Assembly: GCA_965224485.1 (NCBI GenBank)
Contig: CBDCZH010000018.1
Span: forward strand, 43,603-107,602
Direction of reading: 5' to 3'
Origin: Arcobacteraceae bacterium
Lineage (GTDB): Bacteria > Campylobacterota > Campylobacteria > Campylobacterales > Arcobacteraceae
Length of the DNA: 64,000 nucleotides
Shown here piece after piece: positions 19,358 through 29,724 of the stretch. The notes under the pieces were generated by a model that saw only the letters and a list, made by a program, of their open reading frames with translations, searched no databases and was not told the DNA's origin. The position numbers and the translations under genes are program-made. Within the stretch, counting starts at the first letter, position 1, and each line of letters begins with the position of its first letter.

Positions 19358-21649
19358 TTAGAATTTATATGTAGCAGTTAATTTGAAAGTTCTTTCTTGG
19401 ATAGGAGATAATGAAACACTATCTGTATATCCTCCTGTTGTTGCTTTTTTATTAAATAAATTGTAAATATTTAATGATATATTCCACTTATCTAATTGTG
19501 TAGCTATCATTGCATCAGCTAAGGTATAAGATTTAGCTGTAAACTTCTCTAGTCCATAATTTCCAGGGAAAACATGTGCTGGATTTAAGTTATCACCTTG
19601 GTAAGAACTAAGCTCTCCAATATATTTAATACCAGCACCTATCTTAATTTTTCCAAGTTTTGATTTTGAGAAAGTATAATCAGTCCAAAGAGAAGCAGTT
19701 AATTCTGGAACTCTTGATACACTTTTACCTTTTAAGAATGAATAACCAGCTTTTTTATACTCAGAATGTAATTTAGCAAGAGAAAATACAAGATTAAGAT
19801 TTTCTAAAGGGCTAGCTGTAATATTAAGCTCAATACCTTTTACATTTTGTTCGGAATCTTGAATCTTAAAACTTGTATCATTAGGATCTACTTCAACAGC
19901 ATCTTCTAAGCTTAAGTCAAAAATAGATAAAGTTGCAAACATATTAATATTTTCTGGTCTATATTTTATTCCTGTTTCAATTTGTTTCCCAGTTGAAGGT
20001 TTAAATGCACTTCCACTCTTTGTTGTTCCAAAGTTTGTTTGAAAAGATGTAGAGTAAGAAACATATGGAGACATTCCATTATCCATTAAATATATTAAAC
20101 CTACACGTCCTGAAATATTATCATCTTTTTGAGTATTCTTAGAACCACTTATTTCATTTTCTATTTTGTCATTTATTTTGTCATATCTTAATGATGTAGA
20201 TAAAACATACTTAGAATTTATTTTCATATTATTAGAAGCATACAAGCCCAGTTGTGTAATATCTTGATTCTCTTTTGTACTTAATAAATTTGTTCTTGTA
20301 ATTTTTTGATGTGGATTTGGATTTTTTAAATTATATACATATGCCACAGGTTTTGTTCTTTGTTTTTTACCCTTAGATTTTTGTATATCTAATCCAAAAA
20401 TAGAAGAGTTTTCAATATTTTTACTTCCCCAATTATATTGTAAGTTATTATCTAAAATAATACTTTTTATTTCTGATTCTGATTCTATAAATGACATTGG
20501 AAACTTTGATAAGTCTGCTGTAAATAGTGGACCTGTTGGTGTAAGCATACCAGCTGAATCAGGCTGTGAAAAATATGTATTTGCACTTATTTTGTTGAAT
20601 CTTATTGAAGATGTAAGATTTAAGTTGGTATTTATCTCTTTATTTAATGTTGCAGTAATACTTGTTTGCTTTTTTTCAAATAACTCATAATCTGCTAAAC
20701 CTATAAACATATTATCTTTTAAATAAATATCATTTAGTTCTTTAGCACTTTTAGTTAAAGCAGCTTTATTAAGAAAACCACCTGCTATAGTATTAAGAGC
20801 ATCAAAGTTTTTAAGAACACTATTTTGATATACAAGATTTGCAGGAGCTCCTGAATAGCCTAAACCTAAAGAATCTATTGAATGTTTTGCAAAACTTGCT
20901 GATACATCTAAACTTGTATTATCATCAATTAGGTATTTTACTGTAGGGTTAAGAAAATATGAGTCAGTTGATGATTCATCTAATTGTGCATCTGCTTTTG
21001 AATAATCAGCCGTAACTCTAACAAAAAGATTTTCATTGATTTTACGATTAATATCAGTAAATACAGATTTTGATTGATTAGAACCATAAGAAATACCTAC
21101 TTCGGCACTATTTGTAGTATTTGCTTTTTTACTTTGTAAGTTTAATAATCCACCAGGACCACTATCACCATATAAAACTGAAGAAGGTCCTTTCAAAATT
21201 TCAATTCTCTCTAAGGCATATGGAAAAACAAATGGCATTGCTGCACCATAAGGAACTTGTTTTAATCCATCTAAAAAAGTAGAATTATAAATTAAATCTA
21301 AACCTCTTATTTTTCCATAATTAGTTCTTAAATCCATAAGTCCTGAGGGAAATGATACAGAAGAATCATAAGCTATAAGACTTTGTACACTTGCTTCATT
21401 TTTAATGCTTATCATGTCATTTGTAATAACAGAAACACTTTGTGGTATTTCTGCAATATCAATATCCATTTTAGAGCCTGTTGAACTTTTTGTTGCAACA
21501 TAACCTTTTAATTCTCCATAAGCACTTTGTCCAGTAGAGCTAACTTCGTGAGTAATATCAGATGTTTTACTTTGAGCAAATGCAATATTAGCTGTGCAAA
21601 TACTAATCATAGATGTCAGTACGAATCTATTTAATGTTTTTAAATTCAT
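19358..21649 (-). CDS. TonB-dependent siderophore receptor (FhuA-like, no STN domain)
   Basis: EIPQSVSVIT, LERIEILKGPSSVLYG, GGLLNLQSK, terminal YKF. Confidence 0.93.
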   Translation of the reverse strand: MNLKTLNRFVLTSMISICTANIAFAQSKTSDITHEVSSTGQSAYGELKGYVATKSSTGSKMDIDIAEIPQSVSVITNDMISIKNEASVQSLIAYDSSVSFPSGLMDLRTNYGKIRGLDLIYNSTFLDGLKQVPYGAAMPFVFPYALERIEILKGPSSVLYGDSGPGGLLNLQSKKANTTNSAEVGISYGSNQSKSVFTDINRKINENLFVRVTADYSKADAQLDESSTDSYFLNPTVKYLIDDNTSLDVSASFAKHSIDSLGLGYSGAPANLVYQNSVLKNFDALNTIAGGFLNKAALTKSAKELNDIYLKDNMFIGLADYELFEKKQTSITATLNKEINTNLNLTSSIRFNKISANTYFSQPDSAGMLTPTGPLFTADLSKFPMSFIESESEIKSIILDNNLQYNWGSKNIENSSIFGLDIQKSKGKKQRTKPVAYVYNLKNPNPHQKITRTNLLSTKENQDITQLGLYASNNMKINSKYVLSTSLRYDKINDKIENEISGSKNTQKDDNISGRVGLIYLMDNGMSPYVSYSTSFQTNFGTTKSGSAFKPSTGKQIETGIKYRPENINMFATLSIFDLSLEDAVEVDPNDTSFKIQDSEQNVKGIELNITASPLENLNLVFSLAKLHSEYKKAGYSFLKGKSVSRVPELTASLWTDYTFSKSKLGKIKIGAGIKYIGELSSYQGDNLNPAHVFPGNYGLEKFTAKSYTLADAMIATQLDKWNISLNIYNLFNKKATTGGYTDSVSLSPIQERTFKLTATYKF

Positions 21650-21671
21650 CAAAATTTCCTTTTTAATATTT

Positions 21672-21736
21672 TGAGAATGATAATCGATTTTACTTTACCT
21701 TTAACTTTTTTTTATATCAATCAAGACAAGCAGAAT
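21672..21736 (-). promoter_or_regulatory. Promoter with ATTCTGCTTGTCTTG motif, TAAAAT -10 and Fur box
   Basis: Fur-like TGAGAAT-G-ATAATCG at 21672-21686; GACAAGCAGAAT begins at 21725 (38 nt gap). Confidence 0.65.
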
Positions 21737-21815
21737 AAAAAAAAGTATTTGAATAGGGCGTATATAAGCATTTTTAAATATTAAAATAAAATCAATATGT
21801 ATAAGGCTATTGTAC

Positions 21816-21830
21816 TAATAATCATTATTA
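21816..21830. promoter_or_regulatory. Fur-box-like site
   Basis: Perfect TAATAAT-C-ATTATTA palindrome. Confidence 0.45.
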
Positions 21831-21950
21831 AAGACTAAAGAGGCAAAATCAACTTTTTTCTAACTTTCTAATCAAGAGCTTAAATATTATAAAAGCCTTC
21901 ATATATAAACTTTTAGATATAATGGCAAAAAATTAATGTGAAAGTATGAA

Positions 21951-23198
21951 ATGATTGATATAAAATTATTGCAAAAAGATTTTGAGCTAGTATCAAGTGC
22001 CCTTATTAGAAAAGGGGTTGATGTTTTACTATTAGATGAGCTAAAAGAATTAACATTAAAAGCAAAAGAAAAAAGAGCTTTAATGGAAAACATTACAGCA
22101 AAACAAAATAAATTATCAAAAGAGTTTGGAAGATATAAAAAAGAGGGTTTAGATATAAAACCTTTACAAGAAGAAATTTCTAAGTGCAAGAGCGAAAAAC
22201 TAACATTTGAAGATGAGGTAAAAGTTTTAGAAGAAAAACTTACTTCAATTGTTTTAGGAATCCCAAATATGCCTGATGATTGTGTTCCTAATGGCGCTGA
22301 TGAAAATGAAAATGTTTTAATTGAAACAATAGGTGAGAAACCAAGTTTTTCTTTTGAACCTAAAGAACACTGGGACTTAGGTGAAAAAGATGGAACATTA
22401 GACTTTAAACGTGGGGTTAAACTAGCTAAATCAAGATTTGTAGCGATGAGTGGAATTGCTGCAAAACTAGAGAGAGCTTTAATAAACTATATGCTTGATT
22501 TTAATACAAAGAGAGGTTTTAATGAGTGGTATGTACCTTTTTTAGCAAATACTAAAACACTAGAAGGAACAGGGCAATTACCTAAATTTGAAGATGATTT
22601 ATTTAAAATTGAAGGCGAGGATTTATATCTTATTCCAACTGCTGAGGTAGTTTTAACTAACCTTTATAATGATGAGATTTTAAGCAAAGAAGACTTGCCT
22701 TTACTTTTAACTTCATATACTCCTTGTTTTAGAAAAGAAGCAGGATCTGCTGGACGTGATACTAGAGGATTAATTAGACAGCATCAATTTGATAAGGTTG
22801 AAATGGTTGCAATTACAAGCCCTTCTCAAAGTGAAGAAGTATTTGAAAAAATGGTTGCTTGTGCTAGTGATTTATTAAGCTCACTTGGACTTTCTCATCA
22901 AAAAATGCAATTATGTACTGGTGATTTAGGTTTTAGCGCTGCTACCACCATTGATTTAGAAGTATGGCTACCAGGACAAAATAAATATAGAGAGATTTCA
23001 TCAATTTCAAATACACGTGAGTTTCAAAGTAGACGAGCAAAAATAAGATATAAAGATGGTAAAAAGAATATTTTAACACATACTTTAAATGGTTCAAGTT
23101 TAGCAGTAGGACGAACTTTAGTGGCAATTTATGAAAATTACCAAAATGAAGATGGAACAATAAGTATTCCAGAAGTTCTAAAGCCTTATATGGGATAA
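21951..23198 (+). CDS. serS: Serine--tRNA ligase
   Basis: [51 protein letters not shown]. Confidence 0.99.
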   Translation: MIDIKLLQKDFELVSSALIRKGVDVLLLDELKELTLKAKEKRALMENITAKQNKLSKEFGRYKKEGLDIKPLQEEISKCKSEKLTFEDEVKVLEEKLTSIVLGIPNMPDDCVPNGADENENVLIETIGEKPSFSFEPKEHWDLGEKDGTLDFKRGVKLAKSRFVAMSGIAAKLERALINYMLDFNTKRGFNEWYVPFLANTKTLEGTGQLPKFEDDLFKIEGEDLYLIPTAEVVLTNLYNDEILSKEDLPLLLTSYTPCFRKEAGSAGRDTRGLIRQHQFDKVEMVAITSPSQSEEVFEKMVACASDLLSSLGLSHQKMQLCTGDLGFSAATTIDLEVWLPGQNKYREISSISNTREFQSRRAKIRYKDGKKNILTHTLNGSSLAVGRTLVAIYENYQNEDGTISIPEVLKPYMG

Positions 23199-23220
23199 TC
23201 AGCTTGAAAGAGCTGATTAT
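23195..23220 (+). terminator. Hairpin after serS
   Basis: ATAATCAGCT-TGAAAG-AGCTGATTAT. Confidence 0.6.
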
Positions 23221-23269
23221 AATAAACGATTTTTTATAAAAGTCGTAAAATTTTAACACATTGAGTAAT

Positions 23270-23956
23270 ATGATAAAAAAAATACTAAAAATCTTTCTTG
23301 TACTTATCTTTTTTCTAGTAAAAAAAATATTTGTTAGAGAAAATAGAGTGCCGCATAAAATTATGGATAGTTTAGCTAATAACTTACATGCTATTTTTAT
23401 ATTTACATCTTTTCCTATACTTTATACATCATTGTTTAGTATTAAAATAAATGAGTTTGATGTTAATACTATCTTATATATAATTTTATTTTTGCAGTTT
23501 GTTTTGATTATTAGATATTTTAATCCAGAAATGCTAAAAGAAAAAAAACTACAATCTAAAATTATTAGACAAATAAAAAAAGTATCATTATTTATATTTA
23601 TTGCTAACTGGGTATTTGTTTCTTTTCTTTTTGCCTTAGCTTTTAGTATTATGTTCTTTATAAATTATTCTTTCTATGTTTTTATTCTAAACCAAATTAA
23701 GAAACAAAAAGAACAAGAAGAGTTTAGAAAACAGTTTGGAGAAGGTACTTATTCCAAACAAGATATAACAAAAACACATATAATAAATTTATTTGAAGTA
23801 AATATTGATGTTAAAAAACTAACAAGAAGTGATGTTAAAAAACAGTATAGGTTAATGGCAAAAAAATATCACCCCGATGTTTATAAGGGAAATGAAAAAG
23901 ATAAATTTACATCTATTAACAAATCTTATAATTTTTTACTTGATTTCTTTAAATAA
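23270..23956 (+). CDS. Membrane protein with C-terminal J domain
   Basis: Several TM helices; VKKQYRLMAKKYHPD...F..INKSY. Confidence 0.8.
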   Translation: MIKKILKIFLVLIFFLVKKIFVRENRVPHKIMDSLANNLHAIFIFTSFPILYTSLFSIKINEFDVNTILYIILFLQFVLIIRYFNPEMLKEKKLQSKIIRQIKKVSLFIFIANWVFVSFLFALAFSIMFFINYSFYVFILNQIKKQKEQEEFRKQFGEGTYSKQDITKTHIINLFEVNIDVKKLTRSDVKKQYRLMAKKYHPDVYKGNEKDKFTSINKSYNFLLDFFK

Positions 23957-23960
23957 GAAC

Positions 23961-25946
23961 TTATATTAGTTTTTCTGGTTTACCAAAATAATATCCTTGA
24001 GAATAATCAATTCCCATTTTGGTTAAAATATTGTAAATATTTTCATTTTCAACGTATTCAGCAACTGTTTTTATATTTTGTTTTTTCGCAAAAGTTACAA
24101 TAGTTTCTACTATATTTCTTGAAAATTTATTAGTTTCAATATTTTTAATTAAAGAACCATCAATTTTTAAAATATCAGGAGAATAATCTAAAAGTCTTTC
24201 AAAATTAGAGTACCCACTGCCAAAGTCATCTATAGCAATCTGTACATTACCTATTCTTTTTGCTTCTTGAATAAAATCTTTTACAGTTTGAAAATCTTTT
24301 ATATTTTCATCTTCTAATAATTCAAAAGTAACTCTATTGTTGTATTTAGGAACTGCAACTAAGTCTAATAATATTTCTCTTATTTCTATATTTTCAATAT
24401 CCAAAATAGATAAATTTATACTCACATTATGTTTTATATGATCTAAAACATTAAAAGTACTCTCAATTACTCTTTTTGTGATTTTTGTATAATATGTACC
24501 TTTTTTAGAAATATCTAAGAAAGCATAAGGTGAAATAATTTCTTCTTTTTCATTGATTAGTCTAACTAAAGACTCATATTTTATAATTTCTTTAGTTTTA
24601 TTATCAATAATAGGTTGAAAATATGAGATAATTTTTTTATTATCTAGGGCTTTTTTAACCATACGAATAGTTTCTATATTTTTTTGTGCTATTTTTTGGG
24701 ATTCATCTATTAAATTATTTGCAAGTATTAAATTTAAATGACTTTTTATAGCCTTTTCAAGACCATATTTTGCATTTTCAAAGAGGTTATCTTTTCCATA
24801 ACAATAACTTACAACAATTGAAGCATCATATTCAATATTTTTAAATCGGATACTTGCATGTTTTGCTGCCAAAATTAGTTTTTCTAAGTCTTCTTTTATA
24901 TTAATATTGTTCTTTTTTATATTATCTAAATCTTCTCTTAGTGCAAATCTTCCATCACCTAATCTATATATTTTCATAAAGACACTATCTTTTGGTAATA
25001 AACTCAAAATTGTTTCAGAGAACTTACTTTCAATTTCATCAATAGTTTTTGAATTATAAAACTTATCTAAAATATCAAAATTATCAATTTGAATAATAGC
25101 TAAGAATGATTCATTCCTATTCTCTAAGGCTGCAAGTAATTGTTTTTTATCACTCATAACTGCACTTATATCATTTCTTAAAGCCATAAATTCTAAAATA
25201 TTTCCATCTTGGTCTAAAATAGGTTTAACTGTTGATTTTACATAATAAGTTTTGCCATCTTTTGACAGGTTTTTAATAATTCCCTGCCAAGACTCTTTTT
25301 TGATTTTAATTATATTCCAAAGATTTGAAAAGACTTCTTTTTTGGTATCAGGATGTCTTACAATATTATGGGATTGTCCAATTAATTCTTCTTTTGTATA
25401 TCCAGAGATTGAACAAAATTTATCATTTACATAAGTAATAATTCCATTTGCATCAGTTTTAGAAATTATTGAACTTTTATTAGTTATTTCTTGATACTGT
25501 TTTAATAAGTGAATATTTTTTTCGTTTTCTTTTTTGGAAAGTATATTTTTCACTACTTTTTTTATAGTATTTAAAAATTGCTCATGATTTAGTGGTTTTA
25601 GAATAAAACCATCAATTCCTAATAAAATAGCTTTAAATATATATTCTTGATTGCTATAAGCAGAAAGTATTATTTTTTGAACATCATAATTTTGTTTACT
25701 GATTTCTTCAATAAGTTCAATACCATTCATTAAAGGCATATTAATATCAGTTATAAGTAAATCTATTTTATTGTTTTTTAATAGCTCTAAAGCTTCAATT
25801 CCATTTGAACAAACATGAATATTTTTAAAAAATAAATTTAATAATTTTACTGTACCTTTTTGAGTATTTATATTATCTTCTACGAAAAGCACATTTATCG
25901 GCGCGGTAAGTGTTATTATTTGGTCATGATTTAATTCAGTAAACAT
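23961..25946 (-). CDS. REC-PAS-degenerate GGDEF-EAL c-di-GMP phosphodiesterase
   Basis: Receiver (VEDN, TDINMP), PAS (HNIVRHPD), GDGRF in place of GGDEF, EAL motifs (FQPI, YESLVR, DDFGSGYSNF, KIDGS, AEYVE, QGY). Confidence 0.9.
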   Translation of the reverse strand: MFTELNHDQIITLTAPINVLFVEDNINTQKGTVKLLNLFFKNIHVCSNGIEALELLKNNKIDLLITDINMPLMNGIELIEEISKQNYDVQKIILSAYSNQEYIFKAILLGIDGFILKPLNHEQFLNTIKKVVKNILSKKENEKNIHLLKQYQEITNKSSIISKTDANGIITYVNDKFCSISGYTKEELIGQSHNIVRHPDTKKEVFSNLWNIIKIKKESWQGIIKNLSKDGKTYYVKSTVKPILDQDGNILEFMALRNDISAVMSDKKQLLAALENRNESFLAIIQIDNFDILDKFYNSKTIDEIESKFSETILSLLPKDSVFMKIYRLGDGRFALREDLDNIKKNNINIKEDLEKLILAAKHASIRFKNIEYDASIVVSYCYGKDNLFENAKYGLEKAIKSHLNLILANNLIDESQKIAQKNIETIRMVKKALDNKKIISYFQPIIDNKTKEIIKYESLVRLINEKEEIISPYAFLDISKKGTYYTKITKRVIESTFNVLDHIKHNVSINLSILDIENIEIREILLDLVAVPKYNNRVTFELLEDENIKDFQTVKDFIQEAKRIGNVQIAIDDFGSGYSNFERLLDYSPDILKIDGSLIKNIETNKFSRNIVETIVTFAKKQNIKTVAEYVENENIYNILTKMGIDYSQGYYFGKPEKLI

Positions 25947-26040
25947 AAATTTTCTTTAGTAATAATTTTTTGAAAGTATATCATAAGTTTTGGAATTTTA
26001 TATATTTCTTTATTAGATGTTTAGCTAGCTTATGTTAAGA

Positions 26041-26055
26041 TGATAACGATTATTA
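26041..26055. promoter_or_regulatory. Fur-box-like site upstream of FTR1
   Basis: TGATAAC-G-ATTATTA next to the RBS. Confidence 0.6.
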
Positions 26056-26067
26056 TAAAGGATATTG

Positions 26068-26886
26068 ATGTTAGCTAGTTTTTTAATTACATTTAGAGAA
26101 GGATTAGAAGCTTTTTTGATTGTTGGAATTATTTTGTCTTATTTAGGAAAATTACAAGCAACAAGATTTAATAAATATATATATTTAGGTGTATTTATGG
26201 GAATCTTTATTTCATTGCTTATTGCATATATTTTTCAAGTTGTTATTTACGGTATGGATAATGAAGTTTATCAACACTATTTGATGATAGGTATTTTACT
26301 TTTTGCTACTATTGTTTTATCCTATATGGTAGTTTGGATGGCAAATCAGTCAAAACAAATAAAAGGCGAGATTGAAGAAAACTTAAGAAATCTAGTTAGT
26401 GCTGGAAATATTGCGGGAATGGTTTTTTTAGCTTTTTTAGCAGTTCTAAGAGAAGGTTTTGAAACTGTATTATTTTTCTCATCATTAAGTATAAGTGAAG
26501 ATATTTCATTGCAAGATGGATTTATAGGGGCTTGCTTAGGTCTTGTTGTCTCTTTAATTCTAGTATATGCTTTAATGAAAGGTGCTAGAAATATTCCTTT
26601 AAGTGCATTTTTTAAATATACTGGACTTTTAATTCTTATAATTGCAGGAGGACTATTTGGTTCTGCTGTTTCTATGATGCAAGCTAGTGAACTCTTACCT
26701 ACATATATTCCTATGATATATGATATCTCTGCACTTCTAGATGACAGAGGTTTATTTGGAACATTCTTAAGAGCTTTATTTGGTTATAACTCTTCTCCAA
26801 CATTTTTACATTTTCTTTCATGGTTTTTATTCATGTTAGTTGCAATATCTTTATGGAAAAAGACTTACTCATATGCAAAAAAGTGA
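26068..26886 (+). CDS. FTR1/EfeU-family iron permease
   Basis: Two REGxE motifs (FREGLEA, LREGFET), about 7 TM helices. Confidence 0.93.
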   Translation: MLASFLITFREGLEAFLIVGIILSYLGKLQATRFNKYIYLGVFMGIFISLLIAYIFQVVIYGMDNEVYQHYLMIGILLFATIVLSYMVVWMANQSKQIKGEIEENLRNLVSAGNIAGMVFLAFLAVLREGFETVLFFSSLSISEDISLQDGFIGACLGLVVSLILVYALMKGARNIPLSAFFKYTGLLILIIAGGLFGSAVSMMQASELLPTYIPMIYDISALLDDRGLFGTFLRALFGYNSSPTFLHFLSWFLFMLVAISLWKKTYSYAKK

Positions 26887-28267
26887 TGTATTAATTATAG
26901 GCGGTGGTGTTTCTGGTTTAATTGCAGCAATTGAATTAGCTAAGCATAACAAGAGTGTGATTCTTCTAGAAAAAGAAGATGTAGTAGGAGGACAGTGTAA
27001 AACTGAAGTTCTAAAAATCAAAGATGAAGAGTATAGATTTGATTATGGTGGACATAGGTTTATTACAAATAATGAAGCTTTATTAGATTTTGTAGAAGAT
27101 ATTTTAGGCGATGATTTATTAATAGCCCAAAGATCTTCTGTTATTTTACATAAAAGTAAGATGTATGAATATCCTTTAAATTTAAAAAACTTATTAAGAG
27201 TTGCTCCTTTTAAACTTCTATTTGGAGCTTTTATTGATACTTTGAAAATTATTACTAAAATTACTAAAACAGATAATAGCAATTTTAAAACGTGGATTTC
27301 TTCACGTTTTGGTAAAACTTTATATGATAATTTTTTTGGACCATATACAAAAAAACTTTGGGGAATTGAGCCTGAAAAACTTAGTGCTGATTGGGCAGGG
27401 CAAAGAATTTCTTTACTTGATTTAAAAGATGTAGCAAAAAAGCTACTTTTCCCTTCTAAAAAAACTGCAAGAACATATGCAAAATCATATAGATATCCAA
27501 GATATGGTTTTGGTGGTCTTCCTTTAAAAATGGCTAAAAAGTTTGAAGATCTTGGCGGAAAGATTATTACAAATGCAGAAGTTCTATCTTTTTCTTATAC
27601 TGGTAATAAAATCACTTCTATTAAAACTAAAAATGATGAGTTTCAAGCTAGTGAAATAATATCTACAATGCCTTTAAATGAAATGTCTTTAAAATTAGGT
27701 TTTGATTCAAAATTGAAATTTAGATCTTTAAGATTTTTATGTTTAGGTCTAGATTTAGAAGATTTTTCGCCTCATACTTGGCAATATGTTAGTGATTTTG
27801 AATTATTACCAACTAGAATTCAAGAACCTAAGCGACGGTCACCTTCAATGTCCCCTAAGGGCAAAAGTTCAATTATGTTAGAAATTCCTTGTAATGTAAA
27901 TGATAATATTTGGAATATGAGTGAAGAAAAACTTTTAGAAATAGTTAAAAAAGATTTAAAAAAGTTAAAATTTGATATAGAAGAGCATATTATTGATTAT
28001 TTTTCATTTACAACAGAACATGCGTATACCTTAATGGATGTTGATTATAATCTTAATAGAGATAAAACAATTGAATATTTAGCTAAGTTTGATAACTTAT
28101 TAATGGCTGGACGTCAAGGAACATTTAGATATATATTTTTAGATACAGCTATGGAAACAGGTTTAATGGCGGCTCAAAAGTTGCTAAATCATAAAAATAT
28201 TACTAAAGAAGATATTTATAATCATAGAAATGAGAAGACAGTAATCGAGACAAAAAGTATAATATAA
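26873..28267 (+). CDS. FAD-dependent oxidoreductase (protoporphyrinogen oxidase/UDP-galactopyranose mutase-like)
   Basis: IIGGGVSGL, DYGGHRF, YTKKLWG, GRQGTFRYIFLD. Confidence 0.8.
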   Translation: MQKSDVLIIGGGVSGLIAAIELAKHNKSVILLEKEDVVGGQCKTEVLKIKDEEYRFDYGGHRFITNNEALLDFVEDILGDDLLIAQRSSVILHKSKMYEYPLNLKNLLRVAPFKLLFGAFIDTLKIITKITKTDNSNFKTWISSRFGKTLYDNFFGPYTKKLWGIEPEKLSADWAGQRISLLDLKDVAKKLLFPSKKTARTYAKSYRYPRYGFGGLPLKMAKKFEDLGGKIITNAEVLSFSYTGNKITSIKTKNDEFQASEIISTMPLNEMSLKLGFDSKLKFRSLRFLCLGLDLEDFSPHTWQYVSDFELLPTRIQEPKRRSPSMSPKGKSSIMLEIPCNVNDNIWNMSEEKLLEIVKKDLKKLKFDIEEHIIDYFSFTTEHAYTLMDVDYNLNRDKTIEYLAKFDNLLMAGRQGTFRYIFLDTAMETGLMAAQKLLNHKNITKEDIYNHRNEKTVIETKSII

Positions 28268-28305
28268 ATTTCTTTTTCTCTTTATATTTAAGATTATTTC
28301 CATAT

Positions 28306-28320
28306 CAATAATCATTATTA
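28306..28320. promoter_or_regulatory. Fur-box-like site upstream of the imelysin operon
   Basis: CAATAAT-C-ATTATTA. Confidence 0.5.
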
Positions 28321-28395
28321 TTATAAGTTTTACTTAAGATTTTTTATGGTACATTTATGTCATTAAAAGTCACGATAAATTAAAAGGATATATAA

Positions 28396-29721
28396 ATGAA
28401 GAAAACAAGATTAGTAGCCGCTGGTTTAAGTATAGCAGCAGCGTTAGTATTTTCAGGTTGTGTAACAAATAATATGGATGTTAGTAAAATGCAAGAGAAT
28501 AATATGCTTCAAGCATATTCATCAATTGCAGCTAAAAATTATGCAGATACATTAAAAGATGCTATTGCATTAAGATTTCAACTTGATATTTTTGCAACTA
28601 ATCCAAGTGCAGCTAATTTAGCAGCAGCTAAAAATGCTTGGTTACAAGCAAGAGAATCTTATGGTCAAACTGAAATTTTTAGACTTTCAAATGGTCCTAT
28701 TGATGCTGAAGAAGGTTGGGTTGCTGATACTTATGGTTCTTTAGAAGGGCAGTTAAACGCTTGGCCTTTAGATGAAAACATGATTGATTATACAACTGAT
28801 GCAAACGGGAAAAAAACTTCTGGTAATATTATTGATACAAAAGGTGAGTTTAACCCAGGTGGTGAAGATTCACAAGCTGTAAATGTTAAAAAAATTACTG
28901 TTAAAGCAATTACTGCATTAAACGAAAATGGTGGAGATGCAAATGTTGCAACTGGTTATCATGCAATTGAGTTCTTATTATGGGGACAAGATCAAGATTA
29001 CACTAACTTTGTAAAAAATTCTTTTAACAAGGGTGATTTACAAGCTGGTCAGAGACCATTAAGTGACTTTACTACTGATAAGAATGCAAAAAGAAGATTA
29101 GCTTATTTAAAAGCTGCATCTGCTAAAATAGTAAGTGATATTGCTACTGTTTCTTCTGCTTGGTCAGGCGACTCTATGTATTCAAAAGCATTAAATTCAC
29201 AATTAAGTGGTGATAATGCTTCTAAAAATATTGATAGAAAAACTGCATTAACTCAAATCTTTGCAGGTATGGGTGTATTTGTTAAGTCTGAATTAGCAAA
29301 TGAAAGAATTGCGGTTGCTGTATTAACTCCTTCTGAAGAAGATGAGCATTCTTGCTTCTCTGATAATACTCATAGAGATATTGCTTTAAACTACCAAGGA
29401 TTTAAAAATATTCTTTTAAGTACTTATAATGGTGTAGATTTTGGAAAAGCTCCTATTGATGCTTTAGATGCTGATGCTAAAATGAGAGTTATGGATTTAA
29501 TGACTTCAATTGAAACTAAAATTGCATCAATTAATACTATTGCGCAAAACAATAGACACTTTGATAGACAAATCAGACCAAATGATCCTCAAGCTAAAGT
29601 TATTGTAAAACTTAAAAATGAGTTAAGAAAACTTGGCGATGAAATGGTTAATGTTGCACATGCTAATGGAATTAGCTTATCAGTTGAAGATGTAACTGAT
29701 GCAGAAGAAACTAAATTTTAA
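28396..29721 (+). CDS. Imelysin-family lipoprotein (IrpA-like)
   Basis: Lipobox FSGC, NAWPLDE, TGYHAIEFLLWGQD, EDEHSCFSDNT. Confidence 0.9.
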   Translation: MKKTRLVAAGLSIAAALVFSGCVTNNMDVSKMQENNMLQAYSSIAAKNYADTLKDAIALRFQLDIFATNPSAANLAAAKNAWLQARESYGQTEIFRLSNGPIDAEEGWVADTYGSLEGQLNAWPLDENMIDYTTDANGKKTSGNIIDTKGEFNPGGEDSQAVNVKKITVKAITALNENGGDANVATGYHAIEFLLWGQDQDYTNFVKNSFNKGDLQAGQRPLSDFTTDKNAKRRLAYLKAASAKIVSDIATVSSAWSGDSMYSKALNSQLSGDNASKNIDRKTALTQIFAGMGVFVKSELANERIAVAVLTPSEEDEHSCFSDNTHRDIALNYQGFKNILLSTYNGVDFGKAPIDALDADAKMRVMDLMTSIETKIASINTIAQNNRHFDRQIRPNDPQAKVIVKLKNELRKLGDEMVNVAHANGISLSVEDVTDAEETKF

Positions 29722-29724
29722 TAA

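Noticed and set aside
23961..25946. Diguanylate cyclase activity
   Set aside because: The GGDEF signature is degenerate (GDGRF); only the EAL motifs are intact
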